Both the position numbers and the translations under genes were made by a program. From IMG/VR virus record IMGVR_UViG_3300042350_004191, positions 124,001-188,000 of that record: a stretch of 64,000 nucleotides of DNA; one strand, written 5' to 3'. Below the pieces are notes generated by a model. The model did no database searches, was not told the origin of the DNA, and was given only the letters and a program-made list of their open reading frames with translations. This document shows positions 9,382 through 19,039 of this stretch, in pieces (within the stretch, counting starts at the first letter, position 1; each line of letters begins with the position of its first letter).

Positions 9382-9777
9382 ATGGATAATTTGTTCGAAG
9401 AGTATGAAAAAGAAATATTTTCTGATACAAAAATTGACGAATTAAATCTTTTAGAAAAACAATTACAGTTACCAGCCATAAAACATAAATGGGTTGCAAG
9501 ATTAATTACCCACAAAAGGAAAGTAAACAATCTTGAGAAAAAAAGAAAAGAGATTAAAGAAATAGTTTTATCTAAAATGAGCGATATCCCCAAAGGAATA
9601 CCAAAAAAATTATTAGATGCTAAAATTGACACAACCGAAGAGATTCAAAAGATAGACGAAGAAATAGAAAAACATAGTATAATGATAGAATATTTGGAAA
9701 AAGTTGAACAAATATTTAAATCTATGAGTTACGATCTTAAAAATATTATAGATATTAATAAATTAGAAACTACATGA
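9382..9777 (+). CDS. uvsY: UvsY-like recombination mediator
   Basis: 131-aa helical protein, D.KIDELNL...QLPAIKHKW...IEYLEKV...MSYDLKNIID; directly upstream of uvsW. Confidence 0.75.
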   Translation: MDNLFEEYEKEIFSDTKIDELNLLEKQLQLPAIKHKWVARLITHKRKVNNLEKKRKEIKEIVLSKMSDIPKGIPKKLLDAKIDTTEEIQKIDEEIEKHSIMIEYLEKVEQIFKSMSYDLKNIIDINKLETT

Positions 9778-11201
9778 TAAAAATTAAATTTAGCGGTAAA
9801 AAGAAAAACCTCCTGCAATTAGAAGGAGATCCTTCTTTTATAGCATTATTAAGAGAAAGATTTTCTGTTCAGAATCCAGCATATCGTAGCAATAATCCAT
9901 TTGTACAACCTAGATTATATTGTATAACTCCATCAGGTAAATTTGAGATAGGTCTTCTTAAAGAAATATCTAATGCAATAGCAAACGAAGGTTTTGGTGT
10001 AGAAATTGAAGACGATATTAAAAAAGTATTCAGTCCTATAAATGTTGAAACTTGTTTTAATTTAATTCCATTAAATATGGATTATAGAGATTATCAAGAA
10101 CAAGCAATTAAGCAAACTATTGCACATGGAAGGGGTGTTATTATTTTACCTACAGCAAGTGGTAAAACTTATGTTATGGCAGGATTGATTAAAAACATCA
10201 AACTTATGTTGAATAATCCAGATGCCAAAACTTTAGTATTAGTTCCTTCGATACAATTAGTGGAACAGACGTATAAAGATTTTTTAGATTACGGATTAAC
10301 TGATATAACAAAATGGTCTGGTAAAAATAAACCAGACTTTGAAAATTCTAAAATTATTATAGCTGGTACACAAATATTATTAAGCAAAACCACTGACTTA
10401 TCTATTCTATCACAAATTGACCTGTTCTTATGTGATGAGGTTCACGGAATTAGGAAAGGAAACAGTATTAATAAGATTTTTAATTTGTTAGATACACCAT
10501 ATACGTTTGGATTTACAGGCACAATGCCCCCTTCTCTCATAGATCAATGGAATATAATTGGAAAATTCGGACCCATAAATTATGAAGAAAAAACCAAAAC
10601 ATTAGAACAAAAAGATTATATTGCAACATTTAAGATCATAATTTTAAGAATAAAACACGATAGCTTACCATCACATATCGCAGTTCCTGATCGATCATTG
10701 GAGTCTTTTCAAAGAGAATTAGAATTTTTATTACAAAATAAAAAAAGAAATGAAATGATCTGTAATTTAGCTAATAAACTACAAAATAATACTATCATAA
10801 TGGTTGATAGAATTGACCATGGAGTAGTTTTGACTAATATACTGCGTAATATTACAAAAAGACCCCATTATTTCATTCAAGGATCTACAGAAATTGAAGA
10901 AAGAGAGAATATAAGAAAACTCATGAATGAAAAAAACGATGTAATTGTTGTGGCTATGTCAAAAATATTTAGTACGGGTATTAATATACCTAATTTACAT
11001 AATATAATTTTTGCTTCTGCTGGTAAAGCTAAAATTAAAATTATGCAATCTATTGGAAGAGCACTAAGACTACATCCCAATAAAAAAGTTGCAAATATCT
11101 TTGATATAAGCGATAATACAATATATAGTCGTAAACATTTAAAACAAAGATTAGACTTATATGATAAAGAAAATTATTTATATGAAATAAAAGACCTATG
11201 A
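9774..11201 (+). CDS. uvsW: UvsW SF2 DNA helicase
   Basis: RDYQ, PTASGKT, DEVH, GFTGT, FSTGINIPNL, QSIGRALR. Confidence 0.92.
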   Translation: MIKIKFSGKKKNLLQLEGDPSFIALLRERFSVQNPAYRSNNPFVQPRLYCITPSGKFEIGLLKEISNAIANEGFGVEIEDDIKKVFSPINVETCFNLIPLNMDYRDYQEQAIKQTIAHGRGVIILPTASGKTYVMAGLIKNIKLMLNNPDAKTLVLVPSIQLVEQTYKDFLDYGLTDITKWSGKNKPDFENSKIIIAGTQILLSKTTDLSILSQIDLFLCDEVHGIRKGNSINKIFNLLDTPYTFGFTGTMPPSLIDQWNIIGKFGPINYEEKTKTLEQKDYIATFKIIILRIKHDSLPSHIAVPDRSLESFQRELEFLLQNKKRNEMICNLANKLQNNTIIMVDRIDHGVVLTNILRNITKRPHYFIQGSTEIEERENIRKLMNEKNDVIVVAMSKIFSTGINIPNLHNIIFASAGKAKIKIMQSIGRALRLHPNKKVANIFDISDNTIYSRKHLKQRLDLYDKENYLYEIKDL

Positions 11202-11977
11202 AAAAGAAAACTAAAGACAAAACCCCTAAGAAAAAAAATATAATAAAAAAAACTATTAAAAAAAACATTTCTAAAAGCAAAGAACTCAACGAAGTTAAAA
11301 CAAAACCTATAGTAAATAAAAAACCAAAAAAAAGAAGAAGAAAATTAGAAGAAAACATAGACGAACTTGCGGAATATGAAGATCATCTTCTCACAGAAGA
11401 AGATTTTGAACAAGAATTAGAATTAAGTTTAAAAAAACGTCTTGGATATAGCGAAGAAGATGAATTAGAAGAAACAGAAGAAGTAGAAGAACCCGAAGAA
11501 GTAGAGGAAGTAGAAATTTTAGGGGTTCCTTATAAAAACAAAAGACCAAAGGTTCCAAAAGAAAAATTTTATGTTGATCCCAAACATTTTGATGATGAAA
11601 TTGTGAAATATTATGAATCTGGTGTTATATCAAATGATTTAGCTGAAATGGTTAGTAAGATTGCCAACAAATTAAGCTTTTCATCAAATTTTGCGGGTTA
11701 TACGTATAGAGAAGAAATGGTGGGAGATGGTATTGTTCGTATGTTTAAAGCACTAATGTCAAAAAAATACGACAGAGAAAAAGGAACCAACCCATTTTCT
11801 TACTTTACAAGAATCGCCTTCAATGCTTTTAGAAATAGAATTAAAAAAGAAAAACACATTCACGAAGCACAAGAAAGATATCAACAAGAATATATGATGG
11901 TATCCGAAGGATATACTAATTTACTAAAAAATAACCAAATTAGTATAACAAAAGATTTATTAGATAGATATGATTGA
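11198..11977 (+). CDS. 55: Late-transcription sigma factor gp55 with long charged N-terminal extension
   Basis: FYVD...KIANKLS...NFAGYTYREEMVGDG...NPFSYFTRIAFNAFRNRIKKEK; precedes gp47 as in T4-like phages. Confidence 0.88.
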   Translation: MKKKTKDKTPKKKNIIKKTIKKNISKSKELNEVKTKPIVNKKPKKRRRKLEENIDELAEYEDHLLTEEDFEQELELSLKKRLGYSEEDELEETEEVEEPEEVEEVEILGVPYKNKRPKVPKEKFYVDPKHFDDEIVKYYESGVISNDLAEMVSKIANKLSFSSNFAGYTYREEMVGDGIVRMFKALMSKKYDREKGTNPFSYFTRIAFNAFRNRIKKEKHIHEAQERYQQEYMMVSEGYTNLLKNNQISITKDLLDRYD

Positions 11978-13001
11978 TTGTGTTAATGCTAAAATAGGAA
12001 GTTTTTCTGATATTCATATAGGGTTATATCAAGATAACCCTATATGGCACGATATATCTTTAAAATTCGCAGAAAATGTATCAACCTTTTATAAAAAAGA
12101 AGGTATTAAAGACATAATCATACCTGGTGATATATTTCATAACAGATCAGAGATATCAGTAAGAACAATACATACTGCAAAACGTTTTTTTGACTATTTT
12201 AAAGATTTTAATATCATAATATCTGCTGGTAATCATGATTCTTTCTTAAAAGAAAAAGCAGAAATAAATTCTATATGTATATTTGATGGTTGGTCAAATA
12301 TAACTATTGTTGATAAACAACCCCATGTTATAGAAACATCTAACGGCACAACAATTTCGCTGGTACCATGGGGTACACCAGTAGAAAGCATCCCCCATAC
12401 CGATATATGTTTTGGTCATTTTGAAATTAATACGTTTTACATGAACACTTACAGAGCTTGTGAAAAGGGTGAAGACTCTACTAATTTATTAAGTAAAAGT
12501 CCGTTTATTATATCAGGCCATTTTCACAAAAAAGACCATAGAACGTATAAAAAAGGTCAAATTTTATACTTGGGAAGTCCATATCAACACAATTTTGGCG
12601 ATTATGGTGATGACAGAGGTTATTATATAATAAATTTGGATACTAAAACGTTTAATTATTATTCAAATACTTTTTCGCCTAAATTTATAAAAATTAACAA
12701 AGAAAATTTAGAAGAAAAAACAATTAAAAATGTTTTAGAAAATAATTTTGTACATTTATCTTTAGATTCGTCTGTTAAAAATGATGAAATTAATAAAATA
12801 ATAACTCAATTAAAAACATATAAACCGAATGATATAAAAATTGAATATCAAAACACAGAAGAAGAGAAAAACACAGAAAAAACTTACGATTCTATAGATA
12901 TATTAGAAAATATTTATGAATATGTTCAAACTTTAGATATTGAAAGCAAAAATGAAGTTGTTAATTATCTAACAGATGTGTATAATAGTATAAACAAATG
13001 A
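11970..13001 (+). CDS. 47: Recombination endonuclease subunit gp47 (Mre11/SbcD-like)
   Basis: SDIHIG, GDIFHNR, GNHD, GHFE, SGHFH, YLGSPY metallophosphoesterase motifs. Confidence 0.92.
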   Translation: MIDCVNAKIGSFSDIHIGLYQDNPIWHDISLKFAENVSTFYKKEGIKDIIIPGDIFHNRSEISVRTIHTAKRFFDYFKDFNIIISAGNHDSFLKEKAEINSICIFDGWSNITIVDKQPHVIETSNGTTISLVPWGTPVESIPHTDICFGHFEINTFYMNTYRACEKGEDSTNLLSKSPFIISGHFHKKDHRTYKKGQILYLGSPYQHNFGDYGDDRGYYIINLDTKTFNYYSNTFSPKFIKINKENLEEKTIKNVLENNFVHLSLDSSVKNDEINKIITQLKTYKPNDIKIEYQNTEEEKNTEKTYDSIDILENIYEYVQTLDIESKNEVVNYLTDVYNSINK

Positions 13002-13744
13002 AAACCGGAATTGGAATATTAGATCTATATGATGATGAAAGTCTTAAAGACCTTTTATCAAAGGTACCACAAGATGCTTATATATCAGTTATAAGCAATC
13101 GCAAAAATCCTTATAAACCAGAAGTAGACAATTATATAAGCGTAGGAGATTCGTCCTTGGCTAATATGAAAAATTTACTTTTATACGATTTTAGGATTAA
13201 AAATCTTGATTATTATTATTTAATACACACTGATCAAGTATTAAATGATGCCGATGATTTTAATAAAATTAAAAAGATTTCCGAAACTTTTGGAACATGG
13301 TTTTTAACTGGTAATATAGGAGATAAAACACTCGATATTGAAGATGATAATGGTTCAGTTTTAAAATTATCACAAAAATTAAACTCAAAATTTCTTTTTA
13401 CATTTAAAGGAATATTAAAAAATGTTGGATTCTTTGATGAAAGATTTATTAATACACAAAACTTAGATGTCTTGGATTATATTATTCGTTTAAAACAAAA
13501 AAACTTATATGTAGCAGATGGTTATTATCCAACAATTTCATTACCAATTGTTGAAAACAGAAAAACAATGAGCAATGCTTATATACAAGATTTTCCTAGT
13601 GAAGAAATGTCAGTAAGACATTCTTATGGGTTGTTTGTACATTTACACAAATACATTCCTAATCATAGTGATCCTCAACCTAAAAAAGAAGAAGAGGTTT
13701 TAAACTCTGTTGAAAATTTACAAAAAAATTATTCTAAAAAATAA
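12998..13744 (+). CDS. Divergent GT2-like glycosyltransferase
   Basis: KNVGFFDERF...LDYIIRL resembles the GT2 C-terminal motif of the next gene; DxD degenerate (HTD). Confidence 0.5.
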   Translation: MKTGIGILDLYDDESLKDLLSKVPQDAYISVISNRKNPYKPEVDNYISVGDSSLANMKNLLLYDFRIKNLDYYYLIHTDQVLNDADDFNKIKKISETFGTWFLTGNIGDKTLDIEDDNGSVLKLSQKLNSKFLFTFKGILKNVGFFDERFINTQNLDVLDYIIRLKQKNLYVADGYYPTISLPIVENRKTMSNAYIQDFPSEEMSVRHSYGLFVHLHKYIPNHSDPQPKKEEEVLNSVENLQKNYSKK

Positions 13745-13749
13745 ATTAT

Positions 13750-15186
13750 ATGATTTTCGTAGGTATAGTTACATGTAATCGACCAGATTATTTTAATAAA
13801 TGTTATGAGTCTGTTAAAAATGCTAATAACGTAGACGTTATTGCTGTATGTAATGACGGAAAAGACGAAGTTCTTTTAGACTCAAATTCTTTATACATAA
13901 AACATAAAGAAAATAAAGGTGTAGGTATTAGCAAAAATGATTTATTGAGGTTAGCATTGGAAAATCCTAAAATAGAACACATCTTTTTATTAGAAGATGA
14001 TATGATTGTCAAAGATCCTGATGTTTTTAATGTATATGTTAAAGCTGCTAAAAAATCAGGAATATATCATTTAAATTTTGGACCAGGATCTCCTTTTAAT
14101 AGAAAACAAAACTTTAATTTTGATTTACATAATAGACATTTGTGTAAAAATGATTCAGAATTAAATCCTAAGTTAAAAGTAGAGTATAGCGAAGACGTAG
14201 AAGTTTGGTTTTATGAGCATACGGTTGCTATGCTGTCTTATTTTCACAGGTCTGTATTAGAGGATGTAGGATTACACGATGAAAGGTTTTATAATGCATG
14301 GGAACATGTAGACTTAACATACAGAATAATAAAAGCAGGATATCATCCTCCTTTTTGGTGGTTTGCTGATGTTGCTAATAGCGATAAATTGATCGATGTT
14401 GCTCCTGAAGCTATAGAAAAAAGTTCAATTGCTAAAGATACCGAACAGTGGCAAAAAAATGTATATGGTGGTAGAGAAGTATATAAAGAAAAACATAATC
14501 ACTACCCAAACAACCCACCGTATCTTTCCAAAGAAGACGTTATACGTATAATTAAGCGTCTAAAAAGAAAGAGTGATCTTTTAGAAAAAGAAAAATCTAA
14601 TAATTTAACAGATAAGTTGCCAGATATATCTCAGATACCAGAAGAATTTGAAGAATTAATAAATGTTTATAAAACATTAAAACCTAAAAATGTATTAGAA
14701 ATTGGATCTTTGTTAGGTTGGTCTTTAAAAAGGTTTATTAAAAATGCAGAAGATAGTGCTAATATTATTTCTATCGATTATCCTGTAAGAGACTTTGTAG
14801 GACCCAATGATCAACGTGTTGACCAACAAGAGTATGGTCATATGATTCTTTGGAAAAAATGGGCTAAAGAAAAAAACATAAATTTGACAGTTTTACCTTA
14901 CTCGTCTTTTCAACAAAGCACACTTGAACAAGTAAAAAGTGTAACAAAAGAGTTAGATTTTCTTTTTATAGACGGAGATCATAGATATGAGGCAATAAAA
15001 AATGATTTTTATATGTATTATCCTTTAGTAAGGAAAGGAGGTATTATTGCTCTCCATGATATTGCAGAAAACGAAGAGGGTGGTGGTCATAAATTTTGGA
15101 ATGAGATAAAAAATAAATTTAAACACAAAGAATTTTTATTATCCGATAAAAAAGATAAAGGTATTGGAGTAGTATATGTCGAATAA
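13750..15186 (+). CDS. GT2 glycosyltransferase fused to class I SAM methyltransferase
   Basis: IVTCNRP, CNDG, LEDD, VGLHDERF...EHVDLTYR; C-terminal VLEIGS.LGWS, DFLFIDGDHRY, GGIIALHD. Confidence 0.85.
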   Translation: MIFVGIVTCNRPDYFNKCYESVKNANNVDVIAVCNDGKDEVLLDSNSLYIKHKENKGVGISKNDLLRLALENPKIEHIFLLEDDMIVKDPDVFNVYVKAAKKSGIYHLNFGPGSPFNRKQNFNFDLHNRHLCKNDSELNPKLKVEYSEDVEVWFYEHTVAMLSYFHRSVLEDVGLHDERFYNAWEHVDLTYRIIKAGYHPPFWWFADVANSDKLIDVAPEAIEKSSIAKDTEQWQKNVYGGREVYKEKHNHYPNNPPYLSKEDVIRIIKRLKRKSDLLEKEKSNNLTDKLPDISQIPEEFEELINVYKTLKPKNVLEIGSLLGWSLKRFIKNAEDSANIISIDYPVRDFVGPNDQRVDQQEYGHMILWKKWAKEKNINLTVLPYSSFQQSTLEQVKSVTKELDFLFIDGDHRYEAIKNDFYMYYPLVRKGGIIALHDIAENEEGGGHKFWNEIKNKFKHKEFLLSDKKDKGIGVVYVE

Positions 15187-16003
15187 TATAACATTTGTTA
15201 CACATTTAAGGTACGATAATCCAGACAGAATAAGCAATCTTCAAACAATGATTGATTATTACAGTCAAAATTTTCCAGAATCAAAATTTATTTTCGTGGA
15301 AGACGATTATGAACATAATAAAAATTTTGATAAAGTTAAATGGAAAAAAGGATCAACTTCTTATTATTTTTTAAAAAATACAGGGACATATCATAGAACC
15401 AAAGCATTAAATTATGGGTTTAATGAGGCAAAAACACCTATAGTTGTTTCCATGGATACTGATTGTATTGTTTCTAATAAATCTATATTAGAATGCGAAC
15501 AAGAATTGTTGAATGGTGCTACTGCCGCATGGCCTTATAATGGTTATTTTATCGATGTAGATTATAATCTAAAAAACTTCTTCACTCAAAATTCTTTAGA
15601 TTATAATATATTATTATCCAATCTTGATGGATGTTTAGAGTTGCCTATATGTGCATCTTACAAAAATTATTCTGTAAGGTGTACAAGTACAGTTCATTTA
15701 GGTGTAGGTGGAATTGTTATGTTCAACAAAGAACTATTTTTGAAAATAGGAGGTTACAATGAAAATTTTGTAGGTTGGGGCTGTGAAGATAATGAAGTAG
15801 AATATAGGTTAAAAACCTTGAATCAATTATATTATAGAGATAAAGATAAATCGTCTATATGTTTTCATTTATATCATGCACAAGCACAAAGGGCAGAGAA
15901 TCCATTCTATGATAGAAATGGTAAATTGTTAAACGAAATACAAGGAATGGATGAAGCTAATCTTTTGAAACATATATTAACTTGGAAAAATGATAACGTT
16001 TAG
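15176..16003 (+). CDS. GT-A glycosyltransferase (GT2 with GT7 C-terminal-like domain), putative galactosyltransferase
   Basis: RTKALNYG, MDTD (DxD), GGIVMF...IGGYNENFVGWGCEDNE...FHLYH. Confidence 0.82.
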   Translation: MSNNITFVTHLRYDNPDRISNLQTMIDYYSQNFPESKFIFVEDDYEHNKNFDKVKWKKGSTSYYFLKNTGTYHRTKALNYGFNEAKTPIVVSMDTDCIVSNKSILECEQELLNGATAAWPYNGYFIDVDYNLKNFFTQNSLDYNILLSNLDGCLELPICASYKNYSVRCTSTVHLGVGGIVMFNKELFLKIGGYNENFVGWGCEDNEVEYRLKTLNQLYYRDKDKSSICFHLYHAQAQRAENPFYDRNGKLLNEIQGMDEANLLKHILTWKNDNV

Positions 16004-16805
16004 AAATTTAGGAAAACATGGAGAATTCGGAAACCAGCTATTTCAAATAGCTGCTGTTATAGGTACTGCCATCAAAAACAATACAGTTTTTAATTTTCCG
16101 AAATGGCAAGGTTTAATATCTGGAACAGAGTATTCAACATATTTTAAAAATCCAATTCCAGAATCAGTAAACATTAATGACCATTTTGATGTTTATATGG
16201 AGCCATCTTTTTCGTATAACGAGATACCATATCAGATGAATCAAAAATTAGACTTGTTTGGTTATTTTCAAAGCGAAAAGTACTTCTTACACTGTAAAAA
16301 TGAAATTATAAATTTTTTCGAACCTTCAGAATTAATTTTTAAAAAAATAAAAAACTTAGATTATAAAAACTCTGTGAGTTTACAATTAAGGTTTTATGAT
16401 AATAAAAGACAATATTCAAATCACCTTGTTATGAACGATCCTTCGTATGGTGATTTATATTATACAGTTGAAGAGAATATTCCATATTTACAACAAGCTA
16501 TAAATTTTTTTGGGAAAGATAAAAATTATTTTGTAACTACAAATAACTTTGAAAAGGCTAAACAAATGTTTGGTGCTTATAGTAATTTTTATTTTTTGGA
16601 AAAATATTCATATTTAGAACAGTTTTTTATACAAAGTTTGTGCGAGCACAATATTATTACAAATTCGTCTTTTGGGTGGTGGGGTGCTTGGTTAAATAAA
16701 AATTTACATAAAATAGTTTTTGCGCCTTGCTTATGGTTTAAGCCAAATCATAAATCCAAAGAAGAAAGTAAAGATTTATATCCTGAAACTTGGAAAGTTT
16801 TATAA
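15990..16805 (+). CDS. GT11 alpha-1,2-fucosyltransferase-like protein
   Basis: GEFGNQLFQ, GYFQSEKYF, CEHNIITNSSFGWWGAWLN, DLYPETW; HxRRxD replaced by QLRFYD. Confidence 0.85.
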   Translation: MITFRNLGKHGEFGNQLFQIAAVIGTAIKNNTVFNFPKWQGLISGTEYSTYFKNPIPESVNINDHFDVYMEPSFSYNEIPYQMNQKLDLFGYFQSEKYFLHCKNEIINFFEPSELIFKKIKNLDYKNSVSLQLRFYDNKRQYSNHLVMNDPSYGDLYYTVEENIPYLQQAINFFGKDKNYFVTTNNFEKAKQMFGAYSNFYFLEKYSYLEQFFIQSLCEHNIITNSSFGWWGAWLNKNLHKIVFAPCLWFKPNHKSKEESKDLYPETWKVL

Positions 16806-17704
16806 TGAGAAGTTTAGTAACAGGTGGACAAGGATTTATTGGAAGCGTTTTAGTAAAAAAGCTACTAAACGAATGTAAAGATGATGTGATTGTTATTGAT
16901 AATAACAGTTCAAATAACAAAAATAATTTTAATGTTAAAGGAGCCAAATATTACAATGTAGATTTAAATAATTTTGACAAAATATTTCCTTTATTTAAAG
17001 ACGTTGACAGGGTATTTCATTTAGCAGCAGACGTTTCTATAGAGTTTTGTAATAAAAATCCCAGAATATCAGGTATTAATAACTCTAACATAACTCTTAA
17101 TACACTAGAATGTTGTCGATTAAATAAAGTTAAAAAATACATTTATTCGTCAACTTCTGCTGTATATGAACAAAAAAATACTAAATTGAAAGAAACCGAC
17201 AATGTTCGTCCTTTAAATTTATATTCAGCATCCAAATTATTTGGAGAAAATTTATGTAAAATATATTACGACCTTTATGGTGTAGAAACAATTTGTTTGC
17301 GCTATTTTAATGTTTTCGGTTCTTCAATGAAGAAAAGTCCATATTCTTCTGTTTTAGTTAATTTTTTAAATAATGAGTCAGAAAATAAACCATTAATTGT
17401 ACATGGTAATGGTAAACAAACAAGAGATTTTGTATTTGTTGAAGATGTAGCACAAGCAAACATCATAGCATCAACACTAAAATTGAAAAAATATGGTAAG
17501 ATTTACAATATAGGTTCTGGTAAAAGCATGTCTATAATAGACTTAGCAAAAAAAATTTCAAATAATATTACTTTTGTAAAATCACGAAGTGGTGATATAA
17601 AGAATAGTTGTTCTGATATTAAAAGATTAAAAAAAGACTTTAATTGGAAACCTGAAGTGAAAATTGAAAAATGGTTAAATAAAATAATTAAAACAAATGT
17701 ATAA
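16805..17704 (+). CDS. NAD-dependent nucleotide-sugar epimerase/dehydratase (extended SDR, GalE/WbpP-like)
   Basis: VTGGQGFIG, FHLAA, SSTSAVY, YSASK, LRYFNVFG, GNGKQTRDFVFVEDVA; TAATG coupling to GT11 gene. Confidence 0.9.
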   Translation: MRSLVTGGQGFIGSVLVKKLLNECKDDVIVIDNNSSNNKNNFNVKGAKYYNVDLNNFDKIFPLFKDVDRVFHLAADVSIEFCNKNPRISGINNSNITLNTLECCRLNKVKKYIYSSTSAVYEQKNTKLKETDNVRPLNLYSASKLFGENLCKIYYDLYGVETICLRYFNVFGSSMKKSPYSSVLVNFLNNESENKPLIVHGNGKQTRDFVFVEDVAQANIIASTLKLKKYGKIYNIGSGKSMSIIDLAKKISNNITFVKSRSGDIKNSCSDIKRLKKDFNWKPEVKIEKWLNKIIKTNV

Positions 17705-18380
17705 TATAGGTTTATTAATAATAGCGACAAATAAATACATAGATTTTTTAAATCCTTTAATAAAAAGTACAGATAATTATTTTTTAAAAAATCAAAATGT
17801 GAAATATTTTATCTTTACGGATAAAGATATTTCTTTTTTAAAAAGTGAAAGAGAAATTGTAAAAATTCAAACTGAACACAAAGACTGGCCTTGGATGACT
17901 TTAGGTAGATATAAAATTTTTTGTGATAGTAAAAATTTATTATCTAAAATGGATTATCTTTATTATTGTGATGTAGATATGAAATTTGTAGACGAGGTTG
18001 GTGACGAAATTTTAGAACAAATAGTAGCTACACAACATCCAGCTTTACGAGAAACAAGAGGAACTCCAGAAACTAACACAAGTTCTTTAGCGTGTGTTTA
18101 TCCTCACGAAAATATGGAATATTTTGCTGGTGGATTTAATGGCGGTTCTGCTGAACAATTTTTAAAAATGTCTAGTATTTTGTCTAAAAATATAGAAATC
18201 GATTATTTAAATGGAATTATTGCTTTGTGGCATGATGAAAGTCATTTAAATAGATATTTAATAGATAATCCTCCTACAAAAATATTAAGTCCAAGTTATT
18301 GTTACGGGGAAAACATGGAACTACCTTTCCCTAAAAAAATTCTAGCTTTAGACAAAAATCATTTTAAAATAAGATCATGA
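17697..18380 (+). CDS. GT6 alpha-1,3-glycosyltransferase (ABO-transferase family)
   Basis: IATNKY, YFIFTD, YCDVDMKF (DxD), YFAGGFNGG, ALWHDESHLNRYL, KILSPSY. Confidence 0.92.
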   Translation: MYNIGLLIIATNKYIDFLNPLIKSTDNYFLKNQNVKYFIFTDKDISFLKSEREIVKIQTEHKDWPWMTLGRYKIFCDSKNLLSKMDYLYYCDVDMKFVDEVGDEILEQIVATQHPALRETRGTPETNTSSLACVYPHENMEYFAGGFNGGSAEQFLKMSSILSKNIEIDYLNGIIALWHDESHLNRYLIDNPPTKILSPSYCYGENMELPFPKKILALDKNHFKIRS

Positions 18381-19039
18381 AAAAAGGAGTTATACTATAC
18401 CATAACAACATACAAAAATTGTATGATAATAGATGGATTGATAAATGTATACATTCCATGGTAAATCAAACGGATAATGATTTTACTTTTTATGAATTAA
18501 ATTATAACGGAGATTCTAATTCAGTTGTTAAAAACAATTCACAAAAATTAAAATTTTGGTCAAAAAAAATGTCAAATTATGCAGAAGCTATGAATTTTTT
18601 ATTGGATAAATCGTTTAATGATGGGTGTGATTATGTTTTTAATACAAACTTGGACGATTATTATGCATTAAACAGAATATCATCACAATTAGATATGATG
18701 TTAGAACAAGATTTAGATATAGTGAGTAGCGATTTTTCTTACATACAAGAAAGAAAAGAAAATGGTATTTCAGAAGATGTCGTAATTTTATTTAAAAATA
18801 TTGAAAAAAATAATATTAAAGACAATTTAATGAAAAGACATAATGTTATTGCTCATCCATCCGTTTGTTATAATAAAAGATTTTGGTTAGATAATAATAA
18901 CAGATATGATATTAATAAGGTTCCGCAAGAAGATCTAGACTTATGGATTCGCTCAATAAATAATGGTTATAAGTTTGGAATACATGAAAAAGTGTTATTG
19001 TATTATAGAATACATGAAAAACAAAGCAGTCAATCATGA
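18377..19039 (+). CDS. GT2-family glycosyltransferase
   Basis: CIHSMVNQT, NLDDY...RISSQL, IAHPSV, EDLDLWIR, LLYYRIH. Confidence 0.8.
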   Translation: MKKGVILYHNNIQKLYDNRWIDKCIHSMVNQTDNDFTFYELNYNGDSNSVVKNNSQKLKFWSKKMSNYAEAMNFLLDKSFNDGCDYVFNTNLDDYYALNRISSQLDMMLEQDLDIVSSDFSYIQERKENGISEDVVILFKNIEKNNIKDNLMKRHNVIAHPSVCYNKRFWLDNNNRYDINKVPQEDLDLWIRSINNGYKFGIHEKVLLYYRIHEKQSSQS

